DNA of 64,000 nucleotides from Camelus ferus (GCF_009834535.1 NC_045698.1:15006001-15070000), one strand, 5' to 3'. Positions 12,481-26,400 are shown, numbered from the stretch's first letter. Translations and numbers: made by a program. Notes: a model not told the origin generated them from the letters alone.

Positions 12481-12709
12481 AAAAATAGCAAGAACCGAAA
12501 TACAATACAACTAAGATGAATTAAATAAATAGGGAGACAGATTTAATGTCTTTTTGTTTTATTAATTTAACTGTAATGAATCTAGTAACAGTACTTTCTT
12601 ATGGCTATCCCAGAGCTCATCTATAATGTGTATGTCCATATTCTCCTTGAGGGACTTCCTGTGCCCAGGCAAGGATACTCATTACTCTAACCCATCAATT
12701 TACCTGGTG

Positions 12710-13010
12710 CATTGGTTGGGATAGGCTGGGTTATGCCAGTATAATAAACAGCTTCCAAATCTGTTTGGCTTACAAAACGAAAGTGTATTTCTCACCTATC
12801 CAATCATCTACCCCAAGTCAGTTGCATCTTGTCTTCCCTTAAGAACCCATGCTCGTGGGACTGCCCAACTACAGAGAAAATAAGACAAACTGTGCTCTGA
12901 CTCTCAAAGTTTCTGTTCAGAAATGTCATGTTTCTGCCCACAGTTAATTGGCTAAAGTAAGTTTCATGACAATCATGAGACTACTGGAGTAGGGAAGAGC
13001 AGTGAATAAT
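12710..13010 (-). mobile_element. Old MaLR LTR (MLT1K/L-like)
   Basis: GGGATAGGCTGGGTTATGCCAGTATAATAAACAGCTTCCAAATCTGTTTGGCTTACAAAACGAAAGTGTATTTCTCAC...TTAATTGGCTAAAGTAAGTTTCATG. Confidence 0.65.
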
Positions 13011-13352
13011 TTTTCATGGTAGAACCACCTAACAGTTGGTTTATAAAAGGAGTCTGTACTATACAAAATAGAGTTCTAAAATTGGATTCACTTAATTCAG
13101 CACTTAAAAACATTTGAAACCAGCTGTAAAATGCCATGTTAACATGTTGTATTATAGCAGTTTAACATGAGAGTGACTTGCTGTGTGAGCCAGAAGCAAC
13201 AGCATTTGCAGGTTATGATGACAATGCTTCTTGGTGACTGACGGCATCAAAGCTGGAAGGGTGGTGAAATCTGAACATTTACTGTGGGTCTTGGAAAGAT
13301 TGCTCATTCTTTTATTTTCTGTGTGTTATGAAGGGTTCTGGATAATGGATAC

Positions 13353-14201
13353 TGTCAAAGACAAACACAGCTGGACATTAGCTAAAGGGGTATAAGCAGA
13401 TTTTATTCATATTGACAGTAGGGGAAAGAGCTGAGCTCCACTGCGATTTGTGCAGAGTAAATTGATGAGAGCGAAGAAGAGTGAAATGGTGGTTTTCAGG
13501 ACCTACCTGGAGAGTGAGGGAACTGGGGAGATGTTAAAAGATACAAACTTACAATTAGTAGATGAATAAGCTCTCCAGATCTGATGTACAAAATAGTGAT
13601 TACAGTCAACAACACTGTGCTATATACTTCAAAATTGCTAAGAGACTAGATCTTAAATGTTCTTCCTATAAAAATATAAATGACAATTATGTGATATAAT
13701 AGACATATTAGCTAACTGTACAGTGGTAATCATATTGCTATATGTAAGTGTATCAAATCAACAGGTTGTACAACTTAAACTTACACAATGTTACATGCTA
13801 ATTATAGCACTGACTAATTGAGAATGAGGCAGTGGGTGGGAGACAGCAAGACCTTGAACAGAATCTGGAAAGGGAAAAAATTACAAAAAGCAGCAAGGAG
13901 GGCTTGGTCCATGTGAAACCCACCTGGGTTTGCTAACTGTTGCTTACTGAAGTCAGTTCACACCCATCAGGACTGGGAGACAGAGGTCCTTATTGTCAGA
14001 TGTTGGCTGCAACAAACAGTACATTATTTTGGCAGCCTTAAATCTTCTTAGGCAGCCTAGTGTCTTCCTAGGGATACAAACGTGAGCTGGTAGAAACTAG
14101 GTTAGTGTTTGTTTACATCTTTATAAGCCAAGCTGAGACCTAGTCAAGATGAGGGCTGCGAGAAGCTTGCCTAGATTTTGATCAAGAAAAGAATGTTTGC
14201 A
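13353..14201 (-). mobile_element. ERV1-class solo LTR (MER101-like), split by an L1 insertion
   Basis: Begins TGTCAAAGACAAACACAGCTGGACATTAG...GCAGATTTTATTCA (AATAAA on minus strand); resumes after about 13810. Confidence 0.55.
13460..13806 (+). mobile_element. LINE-1 3' UTR fragment (L1MA9/10-like)
   Basis: GATACAAACTTACAATTAG...AAATTGCTAAGAGACTAGATCTTAAATGTTCT...ATCAAATCAACAGGTTGTACAACTTAAACTTACACAATG. Confidence 0.85.
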
Positions 14202-15657
14202 AATTCCTGTATATGGGAAGTTTTCTGTTGCATCCTAGGAAGAAAAAAAAACATTTTTATAATTTTTCACTCATAAAGTAAGTTTACTTATTACAAGAGT
14301 AAATCAGAATCATGTAATTATAAGGATATAATCCTATATAACCTGTTTATCATATTTCTCTCTAATTTTCTAATAGGGTATAAAGTTCTTTGAGAAAGAT
14401 TTTTCCTTTTTTGTAGTTATCTGAGATTATTTATATTACTCATTTTTTTTGCCTCATTAGTTAACCCCAATTGATAGATAACAATCCTTAGTTCTTGAAT
14501 GATCATCCTATTATATGCACATTACTTTTTTCATTGTAATTTATTTAGTTAATTGGCTAATGTCATGATTTGTGCCATTACTAACAAAAACTGGCTGAAG
14601 ATAGGACCTTAATACCTTAAATCATTAAAGAAAAATTGAATCATCTACATTTGCCAAAATAGTTAGAAGAATATAAATCTTTAGTATGGAAAGGTCCTTG
14701 AAATCAATTGGTCTATGAGCATTCCTAAAAACAAAACAAAGCAAAAAAATCAAACAAGTACAAATCAACTACAAAAAAAATTTCCTTTTATGTTTACATT
14801 TGGTCCCATGGTTCTAAGGCACTGGAGATTGATGGCACAGTTGTATCATCCAAGGAAAACTGACAGACCCTTATCTGCTAGGTCAAGTGTCAGCTGTTCC
14901 AGGGGAAGAAAGTCTGCTCCACCTCTCCACAATAATTATTTCCTGTAAATAGAGTTTTCAGAAAATAGCTTCAGAAATATATGCAACCTGTGTGTTCCTC
15001 TGTGACCATTTTAACCTCTTCTTTCCTCGGGTGATTGAGGGTGAGCATTGCACACATTATGCTGGTGGCCCTTTTCCTGAGTTCACCCTCAACATGTTCA
15101 GTAGCATTCCAAATTAAATACACTTTCCATTCAGTGAAAAGTAGAAAAAGAACTATACTAAAATCAACTCATTATATGGTTCACACTTTAAACAAGGTTT
15201 GGAATGGCTTTTTAACCCTGGATACCCTTACAGGATAGAAAATCCAAAATGTAGCATATACTTTAGTCCCATTACCTTAGAAGACAGAGCTCGTGAACCT
15301 CTTTTAGCAGGCAGAAATGTCTTCATGTTCAAATAGTCCCATGAGTCCCATATTAGACAGAACTGCATCTGCAAAAGGACTGTTGGCCACGTCTCCTGAA
15401 ATTACATTTCACCCAGTAAAATACATTCTACCTAATCTGGATGACACTCGTGAAAGAAAAACGAACTAGGATGATAATTCCTGCTGAGGCCAAGGTCACT
15501 CTAACCTTCCCCTTTTCCTTTACTTCATTCTCCTTTACTTTCTGGTACTTTCTCTAGCATTTCTTCAGACTTACTCATGCTGGGCCCAGGTCTGAGCCAC
15601 ACAACTATGGCTTACAGACACAGATGTCATTAAGGGAGAAAGACATTCCTCACCCGA

Positions 15658-15678
15658 GTGTGTGTGTGTGTGTGTGTG
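15658..15678. repeat. (GT)n microsatellite
   Basis: Direct read. Confidence 0.95.
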
Positions 15679-17989
15679 CGCGCTCACGCCCATGCACACA
15701 GGCCAATCAAAAGTGCTCAGTTTTGTGGTAATTTTGAGATAGAAAATTAACTTTGTCCTTCTTTTCCTTCCTTCCAAATTGAAAAATTGACACAGCCAAA
15801 TGAAGAGGAATGAACAGGACCTGGGTTAATATTGGTGAACTGATAAACTTGATAGCATAGTATAGTTTATCCCCAAAGCGAATATGGAGTTTCTTTACTT
15901 TCTAGACTTAAATCAAGATCTTGCGAGACACCAGAGGGAAAGACATTGACACAACTAATTTCATGGATGTCTGTGGTTTGTTTTATAAACCCATTTGTCA
16001 GCAGAATAGAAAGCATTGAAAGAAGATAATAAATAGGTCTAGATGTCCATGTGTATCCACTGATTCTAACCTTTATTTTGCTTGGTTTGCTCCTTTCCTG
16101 GGCACTCAGAATTGTAAGGGTCAGTAGAAGCAAGCTTCCTTCCCAAAAGTATTCTGGTGAGACTGAGTTATCACAATCATTTTCTGTGTTACAGACTATA
16201 TTTTAAAGGGTTTTGTAATGGATGTTCTTGCTAAATATATCTTAAAATATGTAGAAGCTAATTTAAATGAATAATTTCCTGAAGAATAACAAAATACATG
16301 AAGGACTATATTTGGTAATGGGAACAGCATTAGGTAGAGAAATCTTGATTATCATTATGAAATATACTTAGACAGGAACACTGTTATGGTTACACGAATG
16401 AAAAATATAGGGAAGCTTTTAATTTTAAAGTAGTAAAACCAGTTTTTAAAAATGTAAAATATAATATTTTTGTAAATGTTTTTGCTTAGGAACCACATCT
16501 AATCACACATCATGTTTTATTATGTATTTGTTATTATTCACTTATTATTCCCTTGAGATTGTAATCAAGGGAAGCAAAACATTTATCACAACTAAATATG
16601 CTTTTTTTTTTAACCAGCATATGGTTTTTAGTTAGCATGCAAATGATTTTTTATAACTTAAACTTTCCATGTATTTGCCAAGCATTTATCATTTCATTAT
16701 AAAAATTGCAGGAACTCAAGATATTAGTTGTTAATTCAGTCTTCCATCAAATAAAGGAATGATTTCTTCAGCTTTCTAGATGTATTATTCCTTTTTTTTT
16801 TTCACCTCTTATTCTCACCTTGATGCCCTGTATCATTTCCCAAGCATCAGTCAGTCAGTCACTTAGTCACGTATCTAAGTAGGCCTGTGTTGTCATGACA
16901 CATACTGCTCCACTTAGATTCTTTCTGCTCTATCTTCCATCAGACGCACAGTGCCCTTTCATTGCATCATGTCACAAAAAGTTAAGGTTATTTGTTTGGG
17001 TTTGTTTCCCCAGTAATAACAAACAGGTGGAACTTGGAATTTATGTTAGTTACGTTTATTTGACATGTTACATATTAGTGGATAGACTTTTAAAAGATAT
17101 TCATGTATTATTGTGCCATCTTCTCTAATATTTCTCCCTGATGTACTGAATATTTCCATCTTCATTACAAATTACATATTCTTTATTTTTTTTATTATTT
17201 TTGAGATCTTTGTCTTCTTCTCTGAAAATTTTCCCTTCCACTCTGAGTTTTGTTCTTAATAATCTCACCTTCATTCACTCAGACTTTCTTACTTCCTTAA
17301 AGTTCCTTAAAAGTATATACATGTAGAACTTCCTTCTTTCTCTATAAAACTCAAGTAAATGTTCCTCTTTGTTTTGGGGGCACATAACAGCTAATTCTAA
17401 TTTAGGAAATCTTTCCTGTAAGTGTATACACATCCCTTTAAATTATCTGCTTTTCCACTTTTTAAAAGAAAAGAAAAGAAAACCCAAAAAACCTACTTTA
17501 AACAGGAGAGATGAGCACATGGGGAAAACTGGAAGGGATGGAATTCATCATAATTGTGAAAAGCCATGTTCTCTGTTTGGCCAAAAGTGTTTATGAATGG
17601 GCAGTTATAAGGAAGAAGTTTGGGCTCCACTGGGGCCATTTACTAAGGCTCTCCAAATTCTTGGGGCACTTTTCATGCTTCTGCTGAGTAGATCAGATTA
17701 TGATTTGAATCTGTCAATGCAAAATCTCATGTAAACATGCCTCTGTCTTACAGCTGATGTGCAGTGTTCATATGAAAGGCAACAGTGTGTGTGCGATACC
17801 CTCAACACATATAAATGTAGTCATAAAACACCTTTTTATAGTAATTGACAATCTATATTTCCTCTCATTTTCTATCTACTCCAGAGCCCAAATTCCAATT
17901 CCCTAGGTAGATTTATTTCTTGCATTTATTGTCTTAGAGATTGCATCCCAACATGTGGATTTATGTATTATCTGTATGCTGATGACTTT

Positions 17990-18538
17990 TTGGAATGTAA
18001 TAAAACACTGAAAATATTCTGTTTAAAAAAAATAATTTATTATCTCTCAAAGGTCAGGCTGGCTGACTGGACTCAGCTAAACAGTTGTCTTTCAGAATCT
18101 TTAATGCAGGTGCAGTGAGCTGCCTGTAGGACTGCTTGGTGTCATCTGAAGGCTTAATTAAGCTTTTCCTCCAAAATGTCTTTTTCATTCATATGTTTGG
18201 AGTCTGGGCTGGTATGGGTGGGCCAACTAGGGGATGTACAGACATTTCTTTCTCTCCACGTGGCAACCTTGCACTTCACAACATAACAATCTCAAGTTTG
18301 TCGAACTTCTTATATGGCAACTGGCTTCTTCCAGAGCAAATGTTACAACAAACCCAAGTGGAAGCTGTAAGACTCTTCATCTAGGCTTGCAAGGCATACG
18401 CCACCACTTGGGCCACATCCAACTGATTATAAATGAGTCACAGACCAGCCCAGATTCAAGAGGAGACTAGCCAAGACCATAAACACAGGCAGATGTGGTT
18501 CATGGAATGGCAGACATCTTGGGGAATTAGCCACTGCA
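17990..18538 (-). mobile_element. MaLR LTR (MLT1G/H-like)
   Basis: ATTTATTATCTCTCA, GGACTCAGCT, GTCATCTGAAGGCTT, AACTTCTTATATGGCAACTGGCTTC, CCAGCCCAGATTCAAG. Confidence 0.75.
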
Positions 18539-18569
18539 AACTTCAAATGATATCTCCTTCCTTACTCAT

Positions 18570-18899
18570 TGATGTGAACTGAATTATGTCTCCTCAAAAG
18601 TCATATGTTAAATCTGTAGCCCCCAATGTAATGTTATTTGGAGATGGAGCCTTTGGGAGGGAATTAGGCTATGAATTTGCATAGGATTGTAAGCATAGAC
18701 AAAAGGGAAATCTCTCTCTCTGCCCCGTGGGACACAGCAAGAAAGCTGCCGAAGTGAGGAGAGGGCTTTCACCGAGAAGTGAATGGTTGGCACCTTGACC
18801 TTGGACATGTAGCCTCCAGGACTGTGAGAAATACATTCCTGTTGTTTGAGACATCCAGCCTGTGATACTTTGTTACAGTAGGCTGAGCTAGGTAAGATG
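18570..18899 (+). mobile_element. MaLR solo LTR (MLT1A-like)
   Basis: TGATGTGAACTGAATTATGTCTCCTCAAAAGTCATATGTT...GGCACCTTGACCTTGGAC...GCCTCCAGGACTGTGAGAAATACATT...; 5-bp TSD CTCAT/CTTAT. Confidence 0.85.
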
Positions 18900-19941
18900 C
18901 TTATAAACTCTGTTCTCACTTATCAGCTATTTACCTACAATGAATGTCTCATAAAGATTTTAAATTCAGTATGCTCCAGTGTCAATTCCTGGTGTTTCCT
19001 CCAAATTATTTCTGTCTACAGTCATCTTCACTTCAGTGACAGCAGCTCATTTAATCTTCTAGTCATTTGATCTCAGAATCTTAGAAGCAGCTTTAACTTC
19101 TCTTCTTTCATAACATTCCATTCAATATTTCAGGAAATCATGTTATCTGTACCTTCAAAGTATATTAGGAATCCAACCATGCTTCACCTCTTTCACTCCA
19201 TCCTGGTGTAAGCACTGAATTTTTAATCATCTCTGGTATGGACTATTGCACTAGTCTTCTGAATAATTCCATCGTTCCCATCCTTATCCCCTATTGTCTA
19301 TTCTTAGCACAGCAGCCAGAGCGATCTGAGAACCCACAAGTCAGATCATGTCTCTCCAGTGCCCCAAGCCCTGAATTAAACAACAAAAAAACAAGTACTC
19401 AGAAGGCTCTGGGCAATATAAGCTCCCGTTCTCTCTCTGACGTCATCTCTTCTAGTCTCTGCCTCTGTTCACAACAGCCTCACCGACCTGCTAGCTCTTT
19501 CTCTTGTACACCATGTCTTTGCACTGGTCTTTGCCTCCACCTGGAAAGTTCCCTACCCCATATCTGCATGTATACCTCTCTCAAATCCTTCCAGTTTGTG
19601 TTTGGGCTTTCTCAAGATAAAACTGACTGGCCTCTTTGAATGTACAAAGCCTCAGAATTCTTATTCCCTAGTCTGTGGTTTCTGTAATCTGTATTACCTT
19701 CTCACATGCTTTAGAATTTTCTTTGTTACGTTTATTGTCTCTATCAGACCACTGGGATGTGCATCATTAAAGAATCTTTGACTAATATCTTCATTGCTGT
19801 GTTCAAATCACCTTGAACAGTACCTAGCACATGGTATGTATTCAATAATGCTTATTGTAATTTGTGAACGTTTCTCAAATATCCAAGAAGAAACTGTGAC
19901 CCTCAGGGAAAGACTACTTATAAGTGTATGTGCATGAGTAT

Positions 19942-19965
19942 GAGAGAGAGAGAGAGAGTGTATAC

Positions 19966-19996
<31 letters not shown>
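19942..19996. repeat. Compound (GA)n-(TG)n microsatellite
   Basis: Direct read. Confidence 0.95.
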
Positions 19997-20000
<4 letters not shown>

Positions 20001-20449
20001 TATGTGCATCCCCTGGGTCTGGAGGAGTAGCTTGGAAGATAGTCAAATACAGATAGCAGCCCTGGCATGGCGCACACAGAAAAGGATATTCCTTACGGAA
20101 AAGGATTGTGTTAAAGTCTAGGGAACTGAAAGGGAATTGCGTAGAAGTAAAGATTATGGATTTTAATATTTTAGATGATCTACTTTTTGTTGCCAGAAAC
20201 TGGATTTTCTGGGATAAGACAGATGCAAAGAGAGCTGCAATAGTCAGTGTTTGCCGGCACTGAGTACTGGGCTACAATTTATGGACTTCAGTCTGCTAAT
20301 TCCCCTGTATATTTACGAGGGTAATTTGAACAGCGATTTGATAGGAAGAGGTTCCAGTGGTAATTTCACACCCATTTATTAGCAAAAACTGGGAAGGCAC
20401 AGGCAAAGCTTCAATTAATTATAAGCAAAGAGGGAGAAATTGTGATTTG

Positions 20450-21050
20450 AGGCCCATAGACCAAATCCTACTGAATAAAAGAGAAGAATGTCATTTTGAA
20501 TTATCAGAATAAGAACAGAACTCTGGAAATATTTTATCAGAGAAATAAGAAGGTAAATTTTTGAGAAAAAAATGTTTAAATCTTACTATAATTCAAGAAA
20601 AAACTTCATAAACTGGATAGAGATAGATAAAATTGAAAGAACAATGTGTCAAAACCAAATGGCAAGGATAGATATAAAAGGATGTATGCTGGAAAACCTC
20701 TGAAACACAGAAAATAGATATCCAGTGTTAGAACTGCTCATTCCAGAAGAAAATACCAGAATATCTAGAACAGAGTTTATCAAAGAATATAACCAAAGTG
20801 TTCCAGCCATGATAGAAGACTGGCTAATATAGACCCAAATTCTCTTCAGCTTTGAGGGAAAATAAAAGAAAGTCCTTCTCACGTTCGTTCTGATAATAAT
20901 GTATAAAATTACAACTAAACAAAATAAAAATACTTTCGTTATTGGAGAAGAAAAGTCTTAAAAAAAGAAAGATTTGTTGTTGTTGTTGTTGTTGAATAAA
21001 GGAATCAACAGATATAAGGAAATCATAAATTTTACAGACCTTACCGTTTC
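20450..21050 (+). mobile_element. Degraded old L1 ORF1-region fragment
   Basis: A-rich; TTCCAGAAGAAAATACCAGAA...ATCAAAGAATATAACCAAAGTGTTCCAG resembles L1M ORF1. Confidence 0.4.
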
Positions 21051-21254
21051 CTTCCAAGACACTATGATTTAGATAGTGTTCCCTGATTACAAGTAACAGA
21101 AACTGATAGTAGGAAATAGGATTGTTCAGAGGAAGAGGAGAGCATGACCCACATGAGAAATCAAGAAGGTGAAGATAATTAGGGGAAATTAATATGAATC
21201 ACAATTGCTGAAACACAGGCTATGAGAGTAACAAGAATGAGCTGAATTTGACAG

Positions 21255-21705
21255 TGTGGTGAAGACTGCTAACTACCCTTGAATATCCACTTTCTGCTTC
21301 TTTCTTATAGGGAATTACCCAGTCTTTAGCTAGACTTTCCATCTAAATACTCTATTTCCTTGTTTTCATGTCTTTTAGTTATCTATGGGAGACTTTGAGG
21401 CAATGGGATGTGAGAAAAGAGATGAGCAATTTCAGATGATTTCCTTCAATCAAAGCTGTTGGCCCTAGAATTACTTGCCTTCATTTTTCACAATCAGGAA
21501 TAGGGACACCTTTCTGAAACTTGCTTAAATCATGCAAATAAGGGAAAACTTTGAGAAACATTTGGACAGAATAATGAAAGGGACCAAGTACCCTTAAAAA
21601 GGACTGGACCAGAATCAAGTGAAATATACTTCTATCTTTTAAGCTACCACTTGTTTGTTTTCTGGGGGTCTATGTAATACAGTAAAATATCCTATGCCAT
21701 AACTA
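21255..21705 (+). mobile_element. Old ERVL/MaLR-class LTR (LTR16/MLT1J-like), probably inside an antisense L2
   Basis: TGTGGTGAAGACTGCTAACTACCC...TATCCACTTTCTGCTTCTTTC...GGCAATGGGATGTGAG...TTTTAAGCTAC; right flank CAGATTTTCATTTGAGAAAGATTTCTCTGGCT is L2-like. Confidence 0.5.
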
Positions 21706-23393
21706 TTGCAAATGATTCCTGCAGGCCTTGAGCTAGACTTGACCACATATTAATGAGATAACCGGAGAAGCAGTAATACCAGATTTTCATTTGAGAAAGA
21801 TTTCTCTGGCTACAGAGTGGGAATCCAATTAAACTGAATGAAAATCGGTTTACTAATACAAGCAAGGCAGGTTTACAACTAAGTTAATTAATGGATAGAT
21901 ATGATTTACATAGAAAAGAAACAGGGGAAGAGAAAAAGGTTTGAGGCAGGAAAATACTAAGGTTTTGAGGTCTGTGGGAAATCTAAGTTTTTCAGAAACA
22001 CCATCGGAAATACAGATGTGGAGACTACAACGTTGAAAAGATAGTTAGGAAGATGGTTGAAGTATGAAAAATAGTTATCTGTATCCTAGCTATGATTTAT
22101 TCTGATAGCATAAAATAGAACTTAAAAAGATACAAATTGGCAATAAAGTTGTTTTGTTTTGTTTTAGAAATGTCATTATTAAATAATGTTAGAAATGACC
22201 TGCATTATGTAATTCAGTGGCATGACATATACCAGTTTTGTTTTTTGTATCATTAAGGATGCTCAAAAAATGAGTTAACGGAAGTCATAAAACACTGTCA
22301 ACTTTAATAATACTATTATTTTATACTGTGATTCAAATTATATCATTTGAAAGGTCATCTTTTCAGAATTCTGTGTACTTAAGGGAAAAAAATCAAAAGT
22401 AGATTAGGCCAATGTTGAAGGTGAAATTAATAAAAGAAATATATGACTGGATCTACTCCTATTCATTTTTGAGGTCAATTTACATATATATGTACATGTA
22501 TGTGTATAGATAGAAATTCTCAGAGGAATGAGATTATTCCTTTATATTAATATGACAAACTTCTATTTGCATATGTATAGAAATCCATATTCTAATCTAT
22601 GATTTACTAGAAACCAGGATTGTCACCAGTTTCTAGAAAATAGAGTGAAAGCATACATATGCTAAACAAACTTTTTGTTGAGATAATTGCTTAAAATAAT
22701 AATCTGTTTTGTTCTTGCTGCTGTGGTAAATGTTAAGGAGTGAGAGACCTATTCTCTGTTTCCCATCGTAAAATTGTGGGCAAGCCTCTGGGTTCTCAGA
22801 TAAGGACATTGCCTAGGGCAGAGTTAGAATGGGGAGTACGAGGCCCTTGTGTTTCAGTGATACCCTGAAGAACCATGGGTATGTAGGCCAATCAAGGGAA
22901 AGAGGTTCAAGGGTTTGGAGGAGACAGATATGAGAATGATTTGAGAGAGAAATATTGAAGTTAACTGAGGAGGGAGGGTCTGATGAAATAACAACAGTGG
23001 AAGTTTACAACCAGTCTGAGGGTTTGGTGGCCCTAATAGGCTGGACTGTCATGGCCAAGTGTGCATGTCCAAGGGTGAGAAAAATGCAGCATCAAGGAGG
23101 TGCAGTCACTTACCTCCCAACATATCACTCCCACGTCAACAATGAAATCCCAGGAATCAACATCATGGAATGGAAAAGATGGTTCCCTTCTCCCAATTTT
23201 CTTGTGCCATTCTAGAAAAGGAAACTGACCTCTAAATGTAATAAGTGGAGTACAGCAACTCTGTATTGGAGGGCCAACAAAATACATCTAAATTAAAATC
23301 AGTACTTTGACACAAATTTTTAATAGAAATATTTATTGTACCTCTTTCAAGTATGAGCCTTATTCTTTATAACTTGGAATTTTAAGAAAATGA

Positions 23394-23445
23394 GCATATA
23401 TATATATATATATATATATATGCATACTATATATATATATAGTAT
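23394..23445. repeat. (AT)n microsatellites forming two adjacent perfect palindromes
   Basis: GC(AT)13GC at 23394-23423 and ATAC(TA)7GTAT at 23424-23445. Confidence 0.9.
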
Positions 23446-26400
23446 TCCCAAATAATGAAAACTGCATGTATTATTTGATTACAACATACTTAGAGGTGTA
23501 ACTCTTTATTAAAAAAGGCAGAGTATTTCTTAGTCATGGTTTATGAGAAATATTTGAATGGATTTATGATACAGAAGTGCACTCTTCCTACTGTAGAAGA
23601 TTCTGTATTTGCAGCTACTAAATAGAGTAAGTGTCAGAACTGATCGTGTTCCTGGGTCCTTTGTCCTGGACTAGGGGTGTGTTCACATAGAAGGAATTTT
23701 AATCTGAGTGTAGGTGTCTATGGTTCTTTAATGATTCCTGCCATTTTACATATCTCTGTTTACAAGGTTGCAAACAAATAGAAAAATTTGTTCCAAATCA
23801 GATCTAGGAAATACTAAATTGCATACTATTCATGGGGAAAATTTTGCACTCCTGATAAAATGCCTAAGCAATTTTGTGATAAATTTAATGGTATGGAGAA
23901 GACTTCTGGGAATCTAGTGCCTGACAAACCCGAGTAATTGTCAACCACATGGATTACTATTTTATTCAAACATATTTTCCACTGTTTCTAATCTAACAGC
24001 CATTATCTAAAGTTTTTCTTTTGTTAACATCCTTATGAAGAAAGGATCTTATAAGTAGCCTCTAGAGTTATCTTTCTGGCAACGTGTTTGTAATAAAACT
24101 TTGACCTTATTTTCATCATCCAAAACTTGTTGGTTTTGTTTTATTTGAAATTGGAGCAGCATTCACTAAAGTTGCAATGAACTGTGACTACAATTGGAAT
24201 GTACTGAAACTAGGAAAGAAAAATTTGGAGACTTATCTATACGTAATTACATTTTCCATTGAGATGATTGTTACATTACCTGATTTTCTAGTGAATTTCA
24301 TAACTTCCTAAAAATACTTTAAAAGCCTTGTATAAGATAACATAAACTTAACTCATATTAAAATGAGAATATTTAGAATATTTTGGTGGATGTGGCACTA
24401 TGTTTTAACTAATTATTGTATTTTTATTTTTTTTAATTTTAAATATCCATATGTCTGCTTCTTTTTAAATATATGTTTTTTTTATTCTGATTATATATAG
24501 CTTAATCCCAGAATAAAGGCCCCAGATTCTTAAACATTTAGTTTTTTTAATAAATGGATGGAAATGTTCATTCTCAGTAGAGGAAATGCATCGCAAATAG
24601 TTATTAATAGGGTGAACTACGATGGTGAAGCGTGGGACTTTGTTGTTGTTCTGGGGAAAAAGAACTAGGCTATGTTTTCTTGATCTTCATTAGATACAAG
24701 TCTTGTATTTACTTCTTCCCTAAAGGGTAGCATTTTTCTTAAATATCAAATTACTTTAAACAGCTAATCATTTATTATTTAAAAAATGAAAGATAGACAA
24801 CAAAACACCCTCTCAGATTTATAAAAAGAGACCTTCATAATTGCTGCATCAGAAATTACAGCTACAGAAAACATCTTGGTAGCTGCATTCTTCCAAAATA
24901 TTTCACTAAATTCTCCAAAGATTTTAATTATCTCTCTTCATAACTTAAAAAGCTGAATGCTTAGCTTTGAGATGCCTAAAGACAGAGCGATATGTGGCCT
25001 TACGTTTATTTGAGTGAAAGAAAACGAAGCTGTCATTTTGAAACCAACAGAGTATTTTGTCTTAAACTCTAATATTCAAACATAGATTTCATTTTGAATT
25101 TCTTTATATGACCCTAATTTGTTTGTAGGGCAAAATATCCTTTGTTTTTCCTTGTAGGGTGAGCATAATCAGAAAAAACTGTATAGTATAACTTGGATCC
25201 TCTTTTCCCCTAAGAAGTGTGATGCACGCTCTCAACTGAGAATGGCTTAGAAGAAAGCCCTCAGCATATGTTTTCCCAGATTGTTTTAGTTTTGTTTGGT
25301 TTTGTTGTCAATGTCCTTTTCAGTCAGGGTTTTTTATTTTCCCTCCAATTGGGAAATTGATTCTCAGTTGTGGGCATAATAAAGTGACCAAAATGGGGAA
25401 AGGCTATTTAAATTCTCATAGGTGCCTAGCCAAGCTTGTCTCTTGTTATTGTTTCATGAAAAAAGGAGCTGTTGGGAAGGATGCTTCTCTTTATGAAATT
25501 TTTGACTGTACCTAAAGTGTCGGTGAAAGGAGTTGAGAGAAGAATTTTCTCCCTTTGTGTCCAGAGGGGTGGGGGGTTATGCTATATATCAACGAATGAG
25601 AGGTAAAAAAATTGCACAGTCTTGATTACATTATTTTTCTTTGATTTTAATTTACTTTAGCGGTGTTGAAATCCAAGAGACCTCAAGAAAAACAGAATTA
25701 GAAAGCTGTATGTGAAATAACATTTACTTAGTATGGAAAACCATTTTGGTCCTTGTTTTGTTCCTAAAAGCAATGAGTATATGTAACATTAAAAACACTT
25801 AATTATGAAAATAAGTCAATTTAAAAAAAATAGGAATGAATACATCTTTCCTTGGAATTTACCACAACATCCTGAAGAGGAGAAAATTACAATTTTCTAT
25901 GTGAATTCTTTTATAAAACTCAACACTGTGTGCTGCCACCTTTTTAAAGTTTATGATTGAAAAAAATTTTAAAGACCTTTTCACAGCTTTCATAAAAATT
26001 GCTTTATAAAAGTGTAGCCACAAGGATATAAATACCATAAAGAAAGTGAGTCAAATGGTACATGTTATAAATAGAACCAACAACATCGTACATTTATGGG
26101 ATACTGCAAATCATCTGGATTTAGCTCTCAGAGACAATAATCATTTCAATTTTTCAACTCAGTGTTACCAGTAAAATAGTTTTCTTGTGTTTTTAAAAAT
26201 ATGCTCTCTCCTGTACACTTGTCAGTTTCATTCAGTATTTCCAATGACAGACTTAGCACATCTAGCTTCAGAAGAAAATCATGGCTAAAAATATTTCAGG
26301 AATGTGACATAAAAGTCATAACATTTCAATCATTGATATTATTTCCCCTGATTATTTTCTAGATTTGATATTCAAAAAATTCTTAAATTACTCTCAGTTA

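Larger units (their letters stand above)
17880..19868 (+). mobile_element. L2 (L2a-like) 3' portion, interrupted by two MaLR LTRs
   Basis: ATCTGTATGCTGATGACTT, GGACTATTGCACTAGTCTTCT, CACAGCAGCCAGAGCGATC...AAGTCAGATCATGTC, and 3' end GAACAGTACCTAGCACATGGTATGTATTCAATAATG. Confidence 0.75.

Noticed and set aside
19238..19639. 133-aa ORF
   Set aside because: It lies wholly inside decayed L2 sequence and has no recognisable domain
20824..21057. ORF with a poly-Q tract
   Set aside because: The poly-Q comes from a (TTG)n microsatellite at about 20974-20994 in decayed L1-like DNA
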